In this document: in pieces, positions 63,828-64,000 of the stretch
Layout: the number at the start of each line of letters is the position of its first letter
Numbering within the stretch: position 1 is the first letter of the stretch
Assembly (NCBI GenBank): GCA_965205855.1
Contig: OZ242184.1
Location: 822,570 to 886,569, forward strand
DNA length: 64,000 nucleotides
Reading direction: 5' to 3'
Source of the DNA: Thermodesulfobacteriota bacterium
GTDB lineage: Bacteria > Desulfobacterota_D > UBA1144 > Nemesobacterales > Mycalebacteriaceae
Notes under the pieces: model-generated
The model's database searches: none
What the model saw: the letters and a program-made list of their open reading frames with translations, nothing else
What the model was told of the DNA's origin: nothing
Position numbers and translations under genes: made by a program

Positions 63828-64000
63828 ATGACTAACAAAAAACTTATTAACATCAATGACTTCCACCTCGAAGCAAAAGAAAAACTTCCACAGATGTTCT
63901 ATGACTACTACGCCTCCGGAGCACACGATGAAATCACCCTTTCGGAGAATAACGAAGCGTATAACCGCATAAAGTTGAGATACAGGGTTATGGTGGATGT
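63828..64000 (+). CDS. FMN-dependent alpha-hydroxy-acid dehydrogenase (L-lactate/glycolate oxidase family), N-terminal fragment continuing past the window end
   Basis: My translation MTNKKLININDFHLEAKEKLPQMFYDYYASGAHDEITLSENNEAYNRIKLRYRVMVDV matches the conserved N-terminus of this family. Confidence 0.7.
   Translation, partial: MTNKKLININDFHLEAKEKLPQMFYDYYASGAHDEITLSENNEAYNRIKLRYRVMVD

Overview
This window looks like a chromosomal segment of a Gram-negative bacterium (BamA, Skp and LolCD are present; coding GC is mid-40s to ~50%; AGGAGG-type RBSs; many overlapping start/stop codons). Most of it is a compact housekeeping backbone, almost all on the minus strand: rpoC (partial) and rpoB, the ribosomal-protein block rplL-rplJ-rplA-rplK, nusG-secE, tRNA-Trp, tuf, and a four-tRNA array (Thr-Tyr-Gly-Thr). 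These are followed by fabZ-skp-bamA, lolD-lolC, lysS, an MFS transporter, pyrC-pyrB-pyrR, lepB, a relA/spoT-family gene and gmk. On the plus strand there is an ArsS-like radical-SAM cluster (AhpD-like protein, rSAM protein with a CxxC..SCGG tail, DUF2064 transferase, CcdA), then an FmdB zinc-ribbon gene, a malic enzyme gene and a HAD hydrolase gene. An accessory region of about 10.8 kb follows (31.6-42.4 kb). It has a truncated copy and a frameshifted full copy of an IS5-family element in direct orientation. Between them sits a single 2024-aa gene whose product carries a DUF4011-like N-terminus, an Upf1-like SF1 helicase core, a Vsr/PD-(D/E)xK nuclease domain and a GreA-C-like segment. This resembles what I recall of single-gene 'Hhe'-type defence helicase-nucleases. 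Next to it is an AT-rich two-gene islet encoding a secreted protein and a protein with a PD-(D/E)xK-like motif. The rest of the window holds a SixA-like phosphatase, an OtsA-OtsB fusion, a TlpA-like gene, nuoN overlapping ftsK, a convergent nuoABCD, a GT2 glycosyltransferase, pdxA, tatD, nrdR, glyA and uvrA. It ends with a futalosine late-step block (UbiA/UbiX/UbiD-like plus an MqnC/E-type rSAM) and the start of an FMN-dependent alpha-hydroxy-acid dehydrogenase. No CRISPR array or rRNA was seen.
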